Below are positions 47,792 to 56,562 of a DNA stretch of 64,000 bases, piece after piece. The notes below the pieces were generated by a model. That model saw only the letters and a program-made list of their open reading frames with translations. It did not search any database and had not been told where the DNA came from. The DNA comes from Thermofilaceae archaeon. GTDB taxonomy: Archaea > Thermoproteota > Thermoprotei > Thermofilales > Thermofilaceae. Position numbers and translations under genes: made by a program. Position 1 is the stretch's first letter; each line of letters begins with the position of its first letter. The DNA is taken from positions 64,001 through 128,000 of the forward strand of contig JAWCCZ010000004.1 of assembly GCA_038861545.1 (NCBI GenBank), in the 5' to 3' direction.

Positions 47792-48346
47792 CTATGGTTT
47801 GAAATCCCTCTCTAAGCTTCGCTGAGGTGATGACCGGATATGGTAAATTAGCGCATAAGATCCGTACATGAGCGATATGAGCCCGGCAAGTGATAAGACT
47901 AAAGTAGCTATGTCAAGCATTAGTAGTCTATCGTAATCTACGCTGAAATATCTCACAGAGACAACGCCGTTCACCTCACAGGAAACACATTGCAATATCA
48001 GTAGCGCCTTCTCTGGGGCTTCACTTAGCAATAGACTTCCTTCCTTAAGTAACCTGGTTCCTGTGCCAGCATTTAATAAGCCAACCGTGCTATTATCGCG
48101 CATAAACTTTATCGTAGCGTTAAGAAGCCCGGTTGATGAAAAGTTTAAAAAATAGAATACCCTCTCGCTAGTCGCACCCGGTAGCTGTAAAATAACGCTC
48201 CTTTCGCCCTCTAAACTGAGATTAAAGCTTTCCTCGTTCAATTGATGAGGAGAAACGTAGTATGAGGTATAAAACGAAATAATTAACCCTATAGTTACGA
48301 ATACTATTCCAGTCACAGCCATGAAAACATACTTACTTTTTCGCAT
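47792..48346 (-). CDS. hypothetical membrane protein (TM - beta-rich extracellular domain - TM)
   Basis: ATG 48346 overlaps the end of the upstream ATPase; two hydrophobic helices. Confidence 0.65.
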   Translation of the reverse strand: MRKSKYVFMAVTGIVFVTIGLIISFYTSYYVSPHQLNEESFNLSLEGERSVILQLPGATSERVFYFLNFSSTGLLNATIKFMRDNSTVGLLNAGTGTRLLKEGSLLLSEAPEKALLILQCVSCEVNGVVSVRYFSVDYDRLLMLDIATLVLSLAGLISLMYGSYALIYHIRSSPQRSLERDFKP

Positions 48347-49298
48347 AGAGCCAGCATTTAACATAGTGTCCAGGTTTCACTTCAACGCTGGGGGGCTCCT
48401 CACTACGACAAACATCCATAACGTAAGGACACCGAGGATGAAAACGACAACCAGAAGGAGGATTAATCAAGCTAGGCGGTGTACCAGGGATAAACTCAAG
48501 CTTTTTATCGGCTCTAAGCGTTGGCACGCTAGCCATCAACTTCTGAGCATAGGGATGCTTCGGACTGGTGTAGAACTCTTCGCTTTCCGTAAACTCTATA
48601 ATCTCTCCGGCGTACATAACAGCCACCTTGTCAGCTAACTCGCTTGAGAGAGCTACATCATGAGTTATAAAGATGTAATTTACACCGGTTTCAGATTTAA
48701 CTGACTTCAGTAAGTTCATTATATTCGCTTGAGTTATTACATCGAGAGCAGAGGTAGGTTCATCCAGTATAATGACATCGGGCTTCATTATAAGCGCCAT
48801 AGCTATTACAGCCCTCTGCTTCATACCACCGCTTAGCTCAAACGGGTAACGCTCGGCAAAGCTTTCATGGACGCCAACCATCCTAAGGTACTTCTTAGCT
48901 TCTGAAAGAGCTTCCTCCTTGGATATACCGTTGTGGATCATAAGGGGCTCAGCTATCTGGAACCCAATTTTCAAAACCGGGTTTAACGAATTCTGGGCGG
49001 CTTGAAAAACAATAGAAATTTTTCTCCATCGAATTTCTTTACGAAACTCTTCTTCATCTAGTTCCATGAGATCCTGACCGTTAAGGAAGAGCTGCCCGTC
49101 AAAGGTATGGATATTGCGTGGAAGTAAGCGTATGATCGCCCTAGCCAGCGATGTTTTTCCACATCCGGACTCGCCGACTATCGCTAAGCTTTCACCCCTG
49201 TATAAATCAAAACTAACCTTATCGACTGCTCTTACTATCCCCTTTCTTGTAGCATAGTAGAGGCGTAGATCTTTGATACTTAAAATAGTTTCAGGCAT
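48333..49298 (-). CDS. second DppD/OppD-type ABC ATPase
   Basis: [38 protein letters not shown], Cys-rich C-terminus. Confidence 0.93.
   Translation of the reverse strand: MPETILSIKDLRLYYATRKGIVRAVDKVSFDLYRGESLAIVGESGCGKTSLARAIIRLLPRNIHTFDGQLFLNGQDLMELDEEEFRKEIRWRKISIVFQAAQNSLNPVLKIGFQIAEPLMIHNGISKEEALSEAKKYLRMVGVHESFAERYPFELSGGMKQRAVIAMALIMKPDVIILDEPTSALDVITQANIMNLLKSVKSETGVNYIFITHDVALSSELADKVAVMYAGEIIEFTESEEFYTSPKHPYAQKLMASVPTLRADKKLEFIPGTPPSLINPPSGCRFHPRCPYVMDVCRSEEPPSVEVKPGHYVKCWLYAKK
48379..48479. repeat. perfect intragenic repeat, copy 3 (101 bp identical to 46463-46563)
   Basis: Direct base-by-base comparison. Confidence 0.95.
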
Positions 49299-49308
49299 GC
49301 AACCACCC

Positions 49309-50748
49309 TTACATCTCTCTTAGCCTCGGGTTAACTATCTTATCCAAGGCAAACCCTAAGAAAGCAAAAGCAAATGAAGTAATCATTAACATTATAGCTG
49401 GTTCGAGCACCCAGTAGTATAGACCTCGATAAAGTGCACCGTTAGTGTTAGCATCATTTAGGACTTTACCCCATGTTGGAAGGAATGGATCCCCAAGCCC
49501 AAGAAATGATAATGAAGCTTCGAGGAAAACATACCCAGGAACAGCTGATACTAAGCCGGGTATTACTGGCGGAAGGATTTTAGGAATTATGTAGAAAAGT
49601 ATGATCCTAAAATCGGAGGCACCATAGGCCTGAGCGGCTTCAATATAGGGGTACTCTTTTATCTGCATAACGAGAGCTCTTGTACCCTTAATCCCACCCC
49701 CGAAGATACTTAAAACTATTACCACCGCAAGAATAACCCAAATATCTAATTTATAGAAAACAGAAATCATTATGAGGAATGGCAGGAACGGCAACACCAT
49801 GTAAACCTCGGTTATCCTCTGGATAAGAGAATCTACCCACCCACCGTACCAGCCGCTTATCGTCGCGATTAATAACTGGATGAACGTTGTAAGTAGAGAT
49901 GCTGTTAAACCAAAAGCTAAGGCGATTGGAGCCCCCCAAAGTAAAGGTATTTCTAGCGGCCTTCTAAGGTGATCAGTTCCAGCTGGTCCGTGAACCGTAC
50001 CGTAGACCACCGCCCTAGCGTCAAAGCCCGTTTGCGCGCCGAAAACCACTGCCTCGATCACTAACTTATAAGTCCCTTTCTCCACTTCGAATTCGCCGCC
50101 TTCAAGCGAGGTTTCATCAACTTTTCCGAAAAGAAGTTTAAGTACAGTAAGCCTTTCACTAGTGTTTACCGAGTATTTTTCACTATAGAAGCTGGTTAAA
50201 GTCTTGAGTATATTATTACTTATTGAAATATATAGCTTATCATCGGGGGCCCCTAAACCATACTTCACTATAGTGATACTGTCACCGCTAGGTTTTATCC
50301 AATTGATTGTCACTAAAGGCGCTCCAACCCCTGAAAAGTTTGAAAAGAGGAAAACATTGAACTCGCTCGGCAGCTCGTCAAAATCGTATGTAAACCTGAA
50401 CTCTAAAACTATTTTTTTCATATCTAGACCTGGTATCTCTATTTCAGCTTTACTTACATAAGGCGAACGAACACGTGAATCAAGTAAGATAGTTTTAGGG
50501 AGCCTTTTACTGGAGAAAAACTGGATCCACTCCGGTGCTGCTGTGCGTGGATTATCGATCCACATAGCTTCCTGACCTCTCCACATCCTGATAGCCTTGT
50601 CGTAAGGTATTACTAGGATCGTGTATATGGATAAAAAAACTAAGAATATAAGTATCCCTATACCTATTGCCCCTGATTTATAAGATAAGACTTCCTTGAT
50701 AATGCCCTTGCCCCTTCCCTCCCTGGTAGAGCTCATACTCTCACCCAA
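49309..50748 (-). CDS. second DppC/OppC ABC permease
   Basis: GTD..RR, YIEAAQAYGAS, TWGKVL, NPRLR; large extracellular insertion. Confidence 0.9.
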   Translation of the reverse strand: MGESMSSTREGRGKGIIKEVLSYKSGAIGIGILIFLVFLSIYTILVIPYDKAIRMWRGQEAMWIDNPRTAAPEWIQFFSSKRLPKTILLDSRVRSPYVSKAEIEIPGLDMKKIVLEFRFTYDFDELPSEFNVFLFSNFSGVGAPLVTINWIKPSGDSITIVKYGLGAPDDKLYISISNNILKTLTSFYSEKYSVNTSERLTVLKLLFGKVDETSLEGGEFEVEKGTYKLVIEAVVFGAQTGFDARAVVYGTVHGPAGTDHLRRPLEIPLLWGAPIALAFGLTASLLTTFIQLLIATISGWYGGWVDSLIQRITEVYMVLPFLPFLIMISVFYKLDIWVILAVVIVLSIFGGGIKGTRALVMQIKEYPYIEAAQAYGASDFRIILFYIIPKILPPVIPGLVSAVPGYVFLEASLSFLGLGDPFLPTWGKVLNDANTNGALYRGLYYWVLEPAIMLMITSFAFAFLGFALDKIVNPRLREM

Positions 50749-51805
50749 ACTGAGCCTTTATCCTAGGATCAAGAAGACCATATGTTAGATCGAGTATTAA
50801 GACCGTTGCCATTAGAAGATAAGCGTAAATTACGGTTATACCTAGTATCACAGGTGTGTCAAAGTACTGTATTGCCCTCATGGTCACTAGCCCTAAACCT
50901 GGCCACTCGAAAACGGTTTCTGTAATTATCGCACCACCCCACGAGCCAATAAGACCTAAAGCTAAACCTGTCACTATAGGTGGCAATGAAGGTCTAAGTA
51001 TATATCTGGTCTCTATTAGCCTAGGTGGGAGACCCTTCGCTTTTGCAGCCTCAACGTAGTCCTCGGTCGAGAAAATCAAGAAAAAAGTGCGGTTACTATA
51101 TACACCAAGGAAAAACCCAGAAATTATCCATGAAAGCATCGGTAAAACCATATGTTTTAACACGCTGAATGCATACAGTATCGGATCCTTTGGGGGAGGG
51201 GTATCTACAAACCCTCCGGGTGGCAGAAGGTAAAGCCAAGAATAAAATATCAATATGAGAAATATACCGTAAAACCAGCCAGGAATAACAGACGTTGGTG
51301 CCAGCGATATAACCAGCTTATCGAATCGGCTTCCATGATGTCTGGAAAGGTATAATCCCAAGAAAAGGTGTAGAAAGAAATTGATTAGTGTAACAGTCGT
51401 GAAAAGTATAACTGTTGCAGGCAGCCTTTCTAGGATTATGTTTTTAACTAGGCGTGAACCTGCATCGCTAGTCATGAAAAGCGCCCGTCCTAAATTTAGG
51501 CTTAACGCATCACGCAGGTAAGCTACACTCCTAATTAAGAAAGGTTGATCATAACCAAGTCTTTTTATTTCGTTTTGATAAACTTGTTCTACTATTTTAT
51601 CTCTCTCAGCACCGGATAGAACCCTATATGCGGGGTTCCTGTTTATACTATCTTGGATACTGGTTCGCAAATCAGCCTTAATCAATTCGTCAACTTTGCC
51701 GCCCATATTTGCAACTAGGATAGTCAAATAAGTTGCTATAATCATAGTAATGAACAACGTTACTCCTCTTTTGATTATATATTTCATTAAACCCTTTACA
51801 GCCAT
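50741..51805 (-). CDS. second DppB/OppB ABC permease
   Basis: LPAT.IL, DYVEAAKAKGL, ETVFEWPGLG, DPRIK. Confidence 0.92.
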   Translation of the reverse strand: MAVKGLMKYIIKRGVTLFITMIIATYLTILVANMGGKVDELIKADLRTSIQDSINRNPAYRVLSGAERDKIVEQVYQNEIKRLGYDQPFLIRSVAYLRDALSLNLGRALFMTSDAGSRLVKNIILERLPATVILFTTVTLINFFLHLFLGLYLSRHHGSRFDKLVISLAPTSVIPGWFYGIFLILIFYSWLYLLPPGGFVDTPPPKDPILYAFSVLKHMVLPMLSWIISGFFLGVYSNRTFFLIFSTEDYVEAAKAKGLPPRLIETRYILRPSLPPIVTGLALGLIGSWGGAIITETVFEWPGLGLVTMRAIQYFDTPVILGITVIYAYLLMATVLILDLTYGLLDPRIKAQFG

Positions 51806-51811
51806 ATATTC

Positions 51812-51855
51812 TTAGCCCTCTTTAAGGGCTAATATAAAAACCTTTATCCGGATAA
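51812..51855 (-). promoter_or_regulatory. promoter of the second dppB with TATA box flanked by two palindromes
   Basis: Minus-strand AAAGG-TTTTTATA about 27 nt upstream of ATG 51805; TTAGCCCT-N5-AGGGCTAA (51812-51832) and TTATCCGGATAA (51844-51855). Confidence 0.55.
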
Positions 51856-52074
51856 GGCCATACCACAGCTGGCACCTGCCTACGCCAGTCTAATCTGTAT
51901 ATAATAAATATTTTTTAATTTATTGCAGTAATTCATTAAAAATTATTTAATTAACTAAAGTTATGTAAGCCAAACAGACTGAAAAGTACATGCTATCCTG
52001 TTGAACTATACTTTTATTATCGAAATACTTCAGAAGATTAAAAATTAGTTTGAAAAACAAAAATAAAATACTGT

Positions 52075-54741
52075 TTAAGTCTTTGGTTTCCTGATCATCG
52101 GTAACGCAAGAGATGAGATAGCTAGAATTATGGCTAGGACGGCTAAAGCCATAAGGAGACTTGCATTAGACTCCAGTGATTCGACCCGGTTTTCAATGCT
52201 TTCGAGCCTGGATGTGACGCTTTGCTCTAGGCTATTGATTTTTGCTTCACTACGTCCGAGTACTGTCATCAGGTAAGCTAATTGCGGGATAGTTATGAAA
52301 GAGGCCTCAGTCGTAGCTGGCATGGCGACATCTTTGCTTAAAGCGAATGTTAGCACACGGTACGTGCCTGGAGCCAACTTCCCGGTTTCTAAGCTGCCTA
52401 GCGTGACGCTCCAAACACCATCGGCTTTTGCAGTAGCATCCCCTTTAGCTATTACGTTGCCTTCGCTATCTAGTACCATATACTTAATAAATTCTATCTT
52501 GTTAACAGGGTAGGGCTGTCCCTTATAACTAACCCTAAACGTTATCGTAGCCTCAAGGCCTGGCACAACGTTCTCTGGAACCTCTACCTTCACCTCTGGA
52601 ATTGGGGGTTCAGCTAGCCAAGCCCATCTATCGGCCTTGTCTGGATAGTTTCTAAAGGCTTTGTGAACAGCTGTGTGCGCCGTGTAGTCGACACTATCTA
52701 GGTAGAATGGTCCATCGCCAACCCAGAAGTGTTTATGGGCCTCGTACCAAGATTTTAATGTTTGGTACCTTGCTTTTGCCTCATCCTGTGTTATGTATTG
52801 AGAGTTAAACTCTGGGAATGGTATGTACCCAGTTGTAATGGCTTCCTCTAACATTTCAGATAAAATATCTAACGAGGGCCCACCTATGTAGTTCATCCAC
52901 TCAACCTTCATTTTATCTGCCTTATCTGCGCTAAATGCTAACAGTCCTTTCTCTTCCGCTTTAACACCAATAGCCGTTATATGCCACGGGTGATTTGGCC
53001 AGCCTGCAAAAGAGGAAACAATAAACTCTGCTTCAGGGTTTGTGTAATTTACATAATACTCAACTATAAATGGTGACGTACTTACAACCCTCCAAGCCAC
53101 GAAGTACTGCCTCCATGAAGTAAAGCCAGGCAGTGCGGATTCATCGTAAAGTGGGCTGTCAGGATCAACCCTGTAGAACGTTAAAGGCCAACTCCAGACC
53201 CAATCCGCTAAAGTTAAGGTGGTACCATCGTGATACTTAATCTTACCCAGTATGTCACCATAATTACAAATAATTCTAGCCAAAGCGGCCTTCGCTCCAG
53301 CCTCATCTGCAGTAACGACTTTTTTAGCCTTTGTATCATAAGCGTACCAAGCATCAGCTGGCACTTCAATTTTATCGACAAAAGTTAGTTTTAACCAGTC
53401 ACTGGAAGCTATAGTGGAAACATCTTTGGAAACATATAGTTCAGCCTTCACTAGTCTTTCCGGCATTGGCATACCAGTATATGGATTTATGAGAAAAGCA
53501 TAGGATTCAGTTGGCGTTATAAGGACACTATCATAGGCCCAGTTTGTTCCTGCAACCGTGTTCCAAGGATCAACTAAGACTTCTCTATTGCCAGCTCTAA
53601 AAGTACCTCCTACCTTATCGATAAACCTGGCGGTCCTAGACCACAGAGCTGCAGAGAAACCACCACTTAAGTCGGCTGCTATGGTAACGTCTTTCCTGTA
53701 AAGATAAGGTACAATTTGGTCAACAAGCCAAATTCGAACAGAATCTTTGAGAGCCAGCTCGGCAGCCTTTGCCATTAACTCTTGCCTTTCTTCAATAGAA
53801 GTGAAACCCCTTTCCCAAAGCTTTTGTGCTACCTCATAAAATATCGGATCTGGCTTGTACGCCTGCCATAAGGGCTCGGGTCTACCAAGCGGTGTGTAGA
53901 AATAACCCCATACATCAGCATCATCTCTGCTCACGGCTGAGGTAATCCAGCCTCCAGTGTAAAAATGCCATTGACCGTCAGCTAGATTACCCCTAAGCCA
54001 TATTGGGGAAGCCTCTCTCGAAGTCTTATACATGCGCTCAACAGTAAAGCCCAGCTTCTCCAATTGATCGGATACGTAGTCGCCGATCTGCCTCCTCTGA
54101 TCCTCAGTCCTAATCAATGCTTTAAGAGTAATCGGCTTACCTTTATAATACCATTTCCCTTCCCTAAACTCACAGCCCATTTTAACAAGTTCCTCGAATA
54201 TAACCGTCTTAGCTCTCTCTGGGTTATAGGAGTAAGTTGCTTCCAGCGTTTTCACGACGTCAGCGAGTTTAGCATAGTCGGGGAAAGCTGAAACTAAAGG
54301 TAGCCACTTGGGTTTAGCGAAGCCGAGCATTATTTCATCGGTTACATATTTCCTATCAATAAGCCAGTTCATAGCTTCCCTGATCTTTGGATTAGAAAAC
54401 GGGTTGAAACTACCGTCTTTAAACTCGGGACCTACAGGGTTAAAAGTTATTTCAAAGTATAGGCCGAACGCGTACTTGTAGCCTAAGTTTGGATCAGTTT
54501 TTATTCTTTCAACTAACTTCGGATCGGCACGTACATCGATAAAGTAGGCATGAATATCACCTTTACTAATCATATCTACGACTTTCGCCGGCTCACTTTC
54601 TTTAACCCAGACCACTTCATCAAGCCACGGTCCATAGGGAACTTCTGCCTCAGGAGCAGCCGAGACAGGGATTAAAAAAGCGAAAGTACTTGCGATTATT
54701 ATCAAAGCCAGCATTAAAGCTTTCGTTTTTTTGTTTCTCAT
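52075..54741 (-). CDS. large archaeal family 5 ABC substrate-binding protein with C-terminal Ig-like domain, coiled coil and TM anchor
   Basis: Signal peptide; NPF...IREAMNWLIDR, YHDG, GDGPFYL; C-terminal TM. Confidence 0.88.
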   Translation of the reverse strand: MRNKKTKALMLALIIIASTFAFLIPVSAAPEAEVPYGPWLDEVVWVKESEPAKVVDMISKGDIHAYFIDVRADPKLVERIKTDPNLGYKYAFGLYFEITFNPVGPEFKDGSFNPFSNPKIREAMNWLIDRKYVTDEIMLGFAKPKWLPLVSAFPDYAKLADVVKTLEATYSYNPERAKTVIFEELVKMGCEFREGKWYYKGKPITLKALIRTEDQRRQIGDYVSDQLEKLGFTVERMYKTSREASPIWLRGNLADGQWHFYTGGWITSAVSRDDADVWGYFYTPLGRPEPLWQAYKPDPIFYEVAQKLWERGFTSIEERQELMAKAAELALKDSVRIWLVDQIVPYLYRKDVTIAADLSGGFSAALWSRTARFIDKVGGTFRAGNREVLVDPWNTVAGTNWAYDSVLITPTESYAFLINPYTGMPMPERLVKAELYVSKDVSTIASSDWLKLTFVDKIEVPADAWYAYDTKAKKVVTADEAGAKAALARIICNYGDILGKIKYHDGTTLTLADWVWSWPLTFYRVDPDSPLYDESALPGFTSWRQYFVAWRVVSTSPFIVEYYVNYTNPEAEFIVSSFAGWPNHPWHITAIGVKAEEKGLLAFSADKADKMKVEWMNYIGGPSLDILSEMLEEAITTGYIPFPEFNSQYITQDEAKARYQTLKSWYEAHKHFWVGDGPFYLDSVDYTAHTAVHKAFRNYPDKADRWAWLAEPPIPEVKVEVPENVVPGLEATITFRVSYKGQPYPVNKIEFIKYMVLDSEGNVIAKGDATAKADGVWSVTLGSLETGKLAPGTYRVLTFALSKDVAMPATTEASFITIPQLAYLMTVLGRSEAKINSLEQSVTSRLESIENRVESLESNASLLMALAVLAIILAISSLALPMIRKPKT

Positions 54742-54847
54742 CGTAATCCTTTCTTAAAAGAGCTTTATATTTCTTACTTTATTTAACTTGAGGAGTTTAA
54801 CATGTAAAGCCAACTACTTATTAATAAGAGTCGTAGAGACAGGCACT

Positions 54848-56275
54848 GTGCGCGGAACCATGGCGTTAATTATTATTATACTATTGCTTCTAGCAACCTC
54901 TGTTAGCCAGCCTGCTCAATTGAGCTTTAAGGGAGCTAGGGTAACCGCTAACGGTCAATTGCTTGCATACGGCCAAGCCGAGTTAGATGGAATGCTTCAC
55001 CCTCTTTTAGTTTTAATTGACATTAGTCGCGGTACGGTGTTCTCTGCTTATCTCGAACTTGATACAAAAGGGGTTTTTCTGGATGCAGTTGAAGACAACT
55101 TAAGTATAGTTTCTGTTGGATATTTTCAGGATTCGCCCTTCAGCCGCTCAATGCTATTTGCTGAGTTTCGCAGTAATGAATCAAGCTATGAGATAACTCG
55201 TGTGTTGAAGTTAAGCTCCGGTTTCGGAGATATAGCTAAGTCGGTAGCTTTCTTACGCAATGGCTGCGTCATCGCTGGTTTAAGCCAGAACCCGGATACC
55301 GGTGTAAGCGATCTGGCGGTTATTACCCTCAAAGGAAACGGTGAAGTTAGCGAAGCAACTTCTTTTGGCGTACCTTACTACCATAGCTTCGTGGAGAAAG
55401 CATATGTAGTAAATGAGGGATTACTACTTGTCGGCGCTACATGGAGCTATAATGTGTCAATGTCGGATGTCCTAGTAGTATACGTTAATGGTTCTAGAAT
55501 AATCCATGCCTTAACCTTGGGTGGAGCCGATGTGGATGAAGGATTAGCTGCTTTACATGACTTCAATGAAGCAATAGTGTTAGTTGGATCGACGAGAAGC
55601 TCCTCAAAAGGCTACAGTGATAGTTTTTACGCTGTTACGAGTAAAGATAGCATTAGAGTCGTGGCTTTCGGAACTCCCAGCTATGATGGCTTTATCGACC
55701 TTCTACCTTTTAACGGTAAGCTGTACCTTCTAGGCTACACTGTCTCAAAGGAGCGAGAAATCGGTGTAATTCTTCTAGTAAAAGAAAGTAAACCTCTCAA
55801 GGCTGTTGCGGTGACCTGCGACCGAGACCTTGTACCTTTAGCTATCGGTCAACGCGAAGGCCATATAGTTGCAGTTTTTAACAGTGAAAACTCACTGTTA
55901 ATTTTAACGCTCGATGAAGAGCTGAAACCGTTGAATGCATCATTGATAGGCTATGCTGCTATTGAATGCATCAATGTACTTGAGTTAAATGATCTCGAAG
56001 ACCACTGCGAAGATCTGACCAATAAATATATCATACGCGGTCAGTCCTTGGTTTCGAGAAATATTCCCCTGACTGTGGGAGAACTTAAAGCATCGATAGG
56101 GAAAGTAGATTTACCGGTTAAAAACTTAAAAATAGTAGCTGGTAAGTTCGAGGAAAAGGAGCCATTTCTAGAAGTCATTGTGAAAGTTATCGAGGGGAAT
56201 ATCCCTCTTCTCGTGGCGCTACTCCCACTAGTTGCTATTTTAATTGCACTCATAATGGCTAAGCATAGAAGGTGA
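54848..56275 (+). CDS. hypothetical surface protein, probable beta-propeller with C-terminal TM anchor
   Basis: Signal peptide; repeated G..D...../lvG.T.S/SD blade-like motifs; C-terminal TM plus KHRR; start uncertain (GTG 54848 or ATG 54860). Confidence 0.6.
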   Translation: MRGTMALIIIILLLLATSVSQPAQLSFKGARVTANGQLLAYGQAELDGMLHPLLVLIDISRGTVFSAYLELDTKGVFLDAVEDNLSIVSVGYFQDSPFSRSMLFAEFRSNESSYEITRVLKLSSGFGDIAKSVAFLRNGCVIAGLSQNPDTGVSDLAVITLKGNGEVSEATSFGVPYYHSFVEKAYVVNEGLLLVGATWSYNVSMSDVLVVYVNGSRIIHALTLGGADVDEGLAALHDFNEAIVLVGSTRSSSKGYSDSFYAVTSKDSIRVVAFGTPSYDGFIDLLPFNGKLYLLGYTVSKEREIGVILLVKESKPLKAVAVTCDRDLVPLAIGQREGHIVAVFNSENSLLILTLDEELKPLNASLIGYAAIECINVLELNDLEDHCEDLTNKYIIRGQSLVSRNIPLTVGELKASIGKVDLPVKNLKIVAGKFEEKEPFLEVIVKVIEGNIPLLVALLPLVAILIALIMAKHRR

Positions 56276-56401
56276 GATTCTATATCTGAGAGAGCGTTAC
56301 GTATGGTTTCTCTAGAAATGAGCGCGATAAATTACCGTATACTAAGATGGCTTTGCTCCTAACGTAAGTTATTTAAACCGTGATAGATAGAACCGAACGG
56401 C

Positions 56402-56513
56402 GCCCCGGTCGTATAGCCCGGTCAAGTAAGCCTTTTTCGGCCTTGATTGCCGGCCTCTCGAGCCGGAGAGGGGAAACCCACGGAAAACCCGGGTTCAAAT
56501 CCCGGCCGGGGCA
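56402..56513 (+). tRNA. tRNA-Glu(CUC) with two non-canonical introns (24/25 and about 45/46)
   Basis: Acceptor stem GCCCCGG/CCGGGGC; anticodon arm CCGGC-CTCTCGA-GCCGG; T arm CCGGG-TTCAAAT-CCCGG; introns 56429-56447 and about 56469-56485 in BHB-like structures; TTTAAA box about 25-30 nt upstream; full CCA not encoded. Confidence 0.93.
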
Positions 56514-56562
56514 CCTGTTAGGCAAAGGAAATTTATAGGGTTAGAGGAGCACCTCTTAATTC

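Noticed and set aside
45440-48479. The repeats as a CRISPR array, MITE or DGR template/variable repeat
   Set aside because: Copies are about 1-2 kb apart, in frame within genes, with no spacers, terminal inverted repeats, target-site duplications, adenine-specific mismatches or reverse transcriptase
45440-48638. Three similar plus-strand ORFs (45440, 46435, 48321) that look like a small repeated gene family
   Set aside because: They are antisense shadows of the identical tract in the ATPase genes; similarity stops exactly at the tract ends and lengths differ arbitrarily
51890-52074. Very AT-rich stretch as a replication origin
   Set aside because: No ORB-like repeats and no cdc6/whiP gene nearby; consistent with a T-rich terminator and spacer after the binding-protein gene
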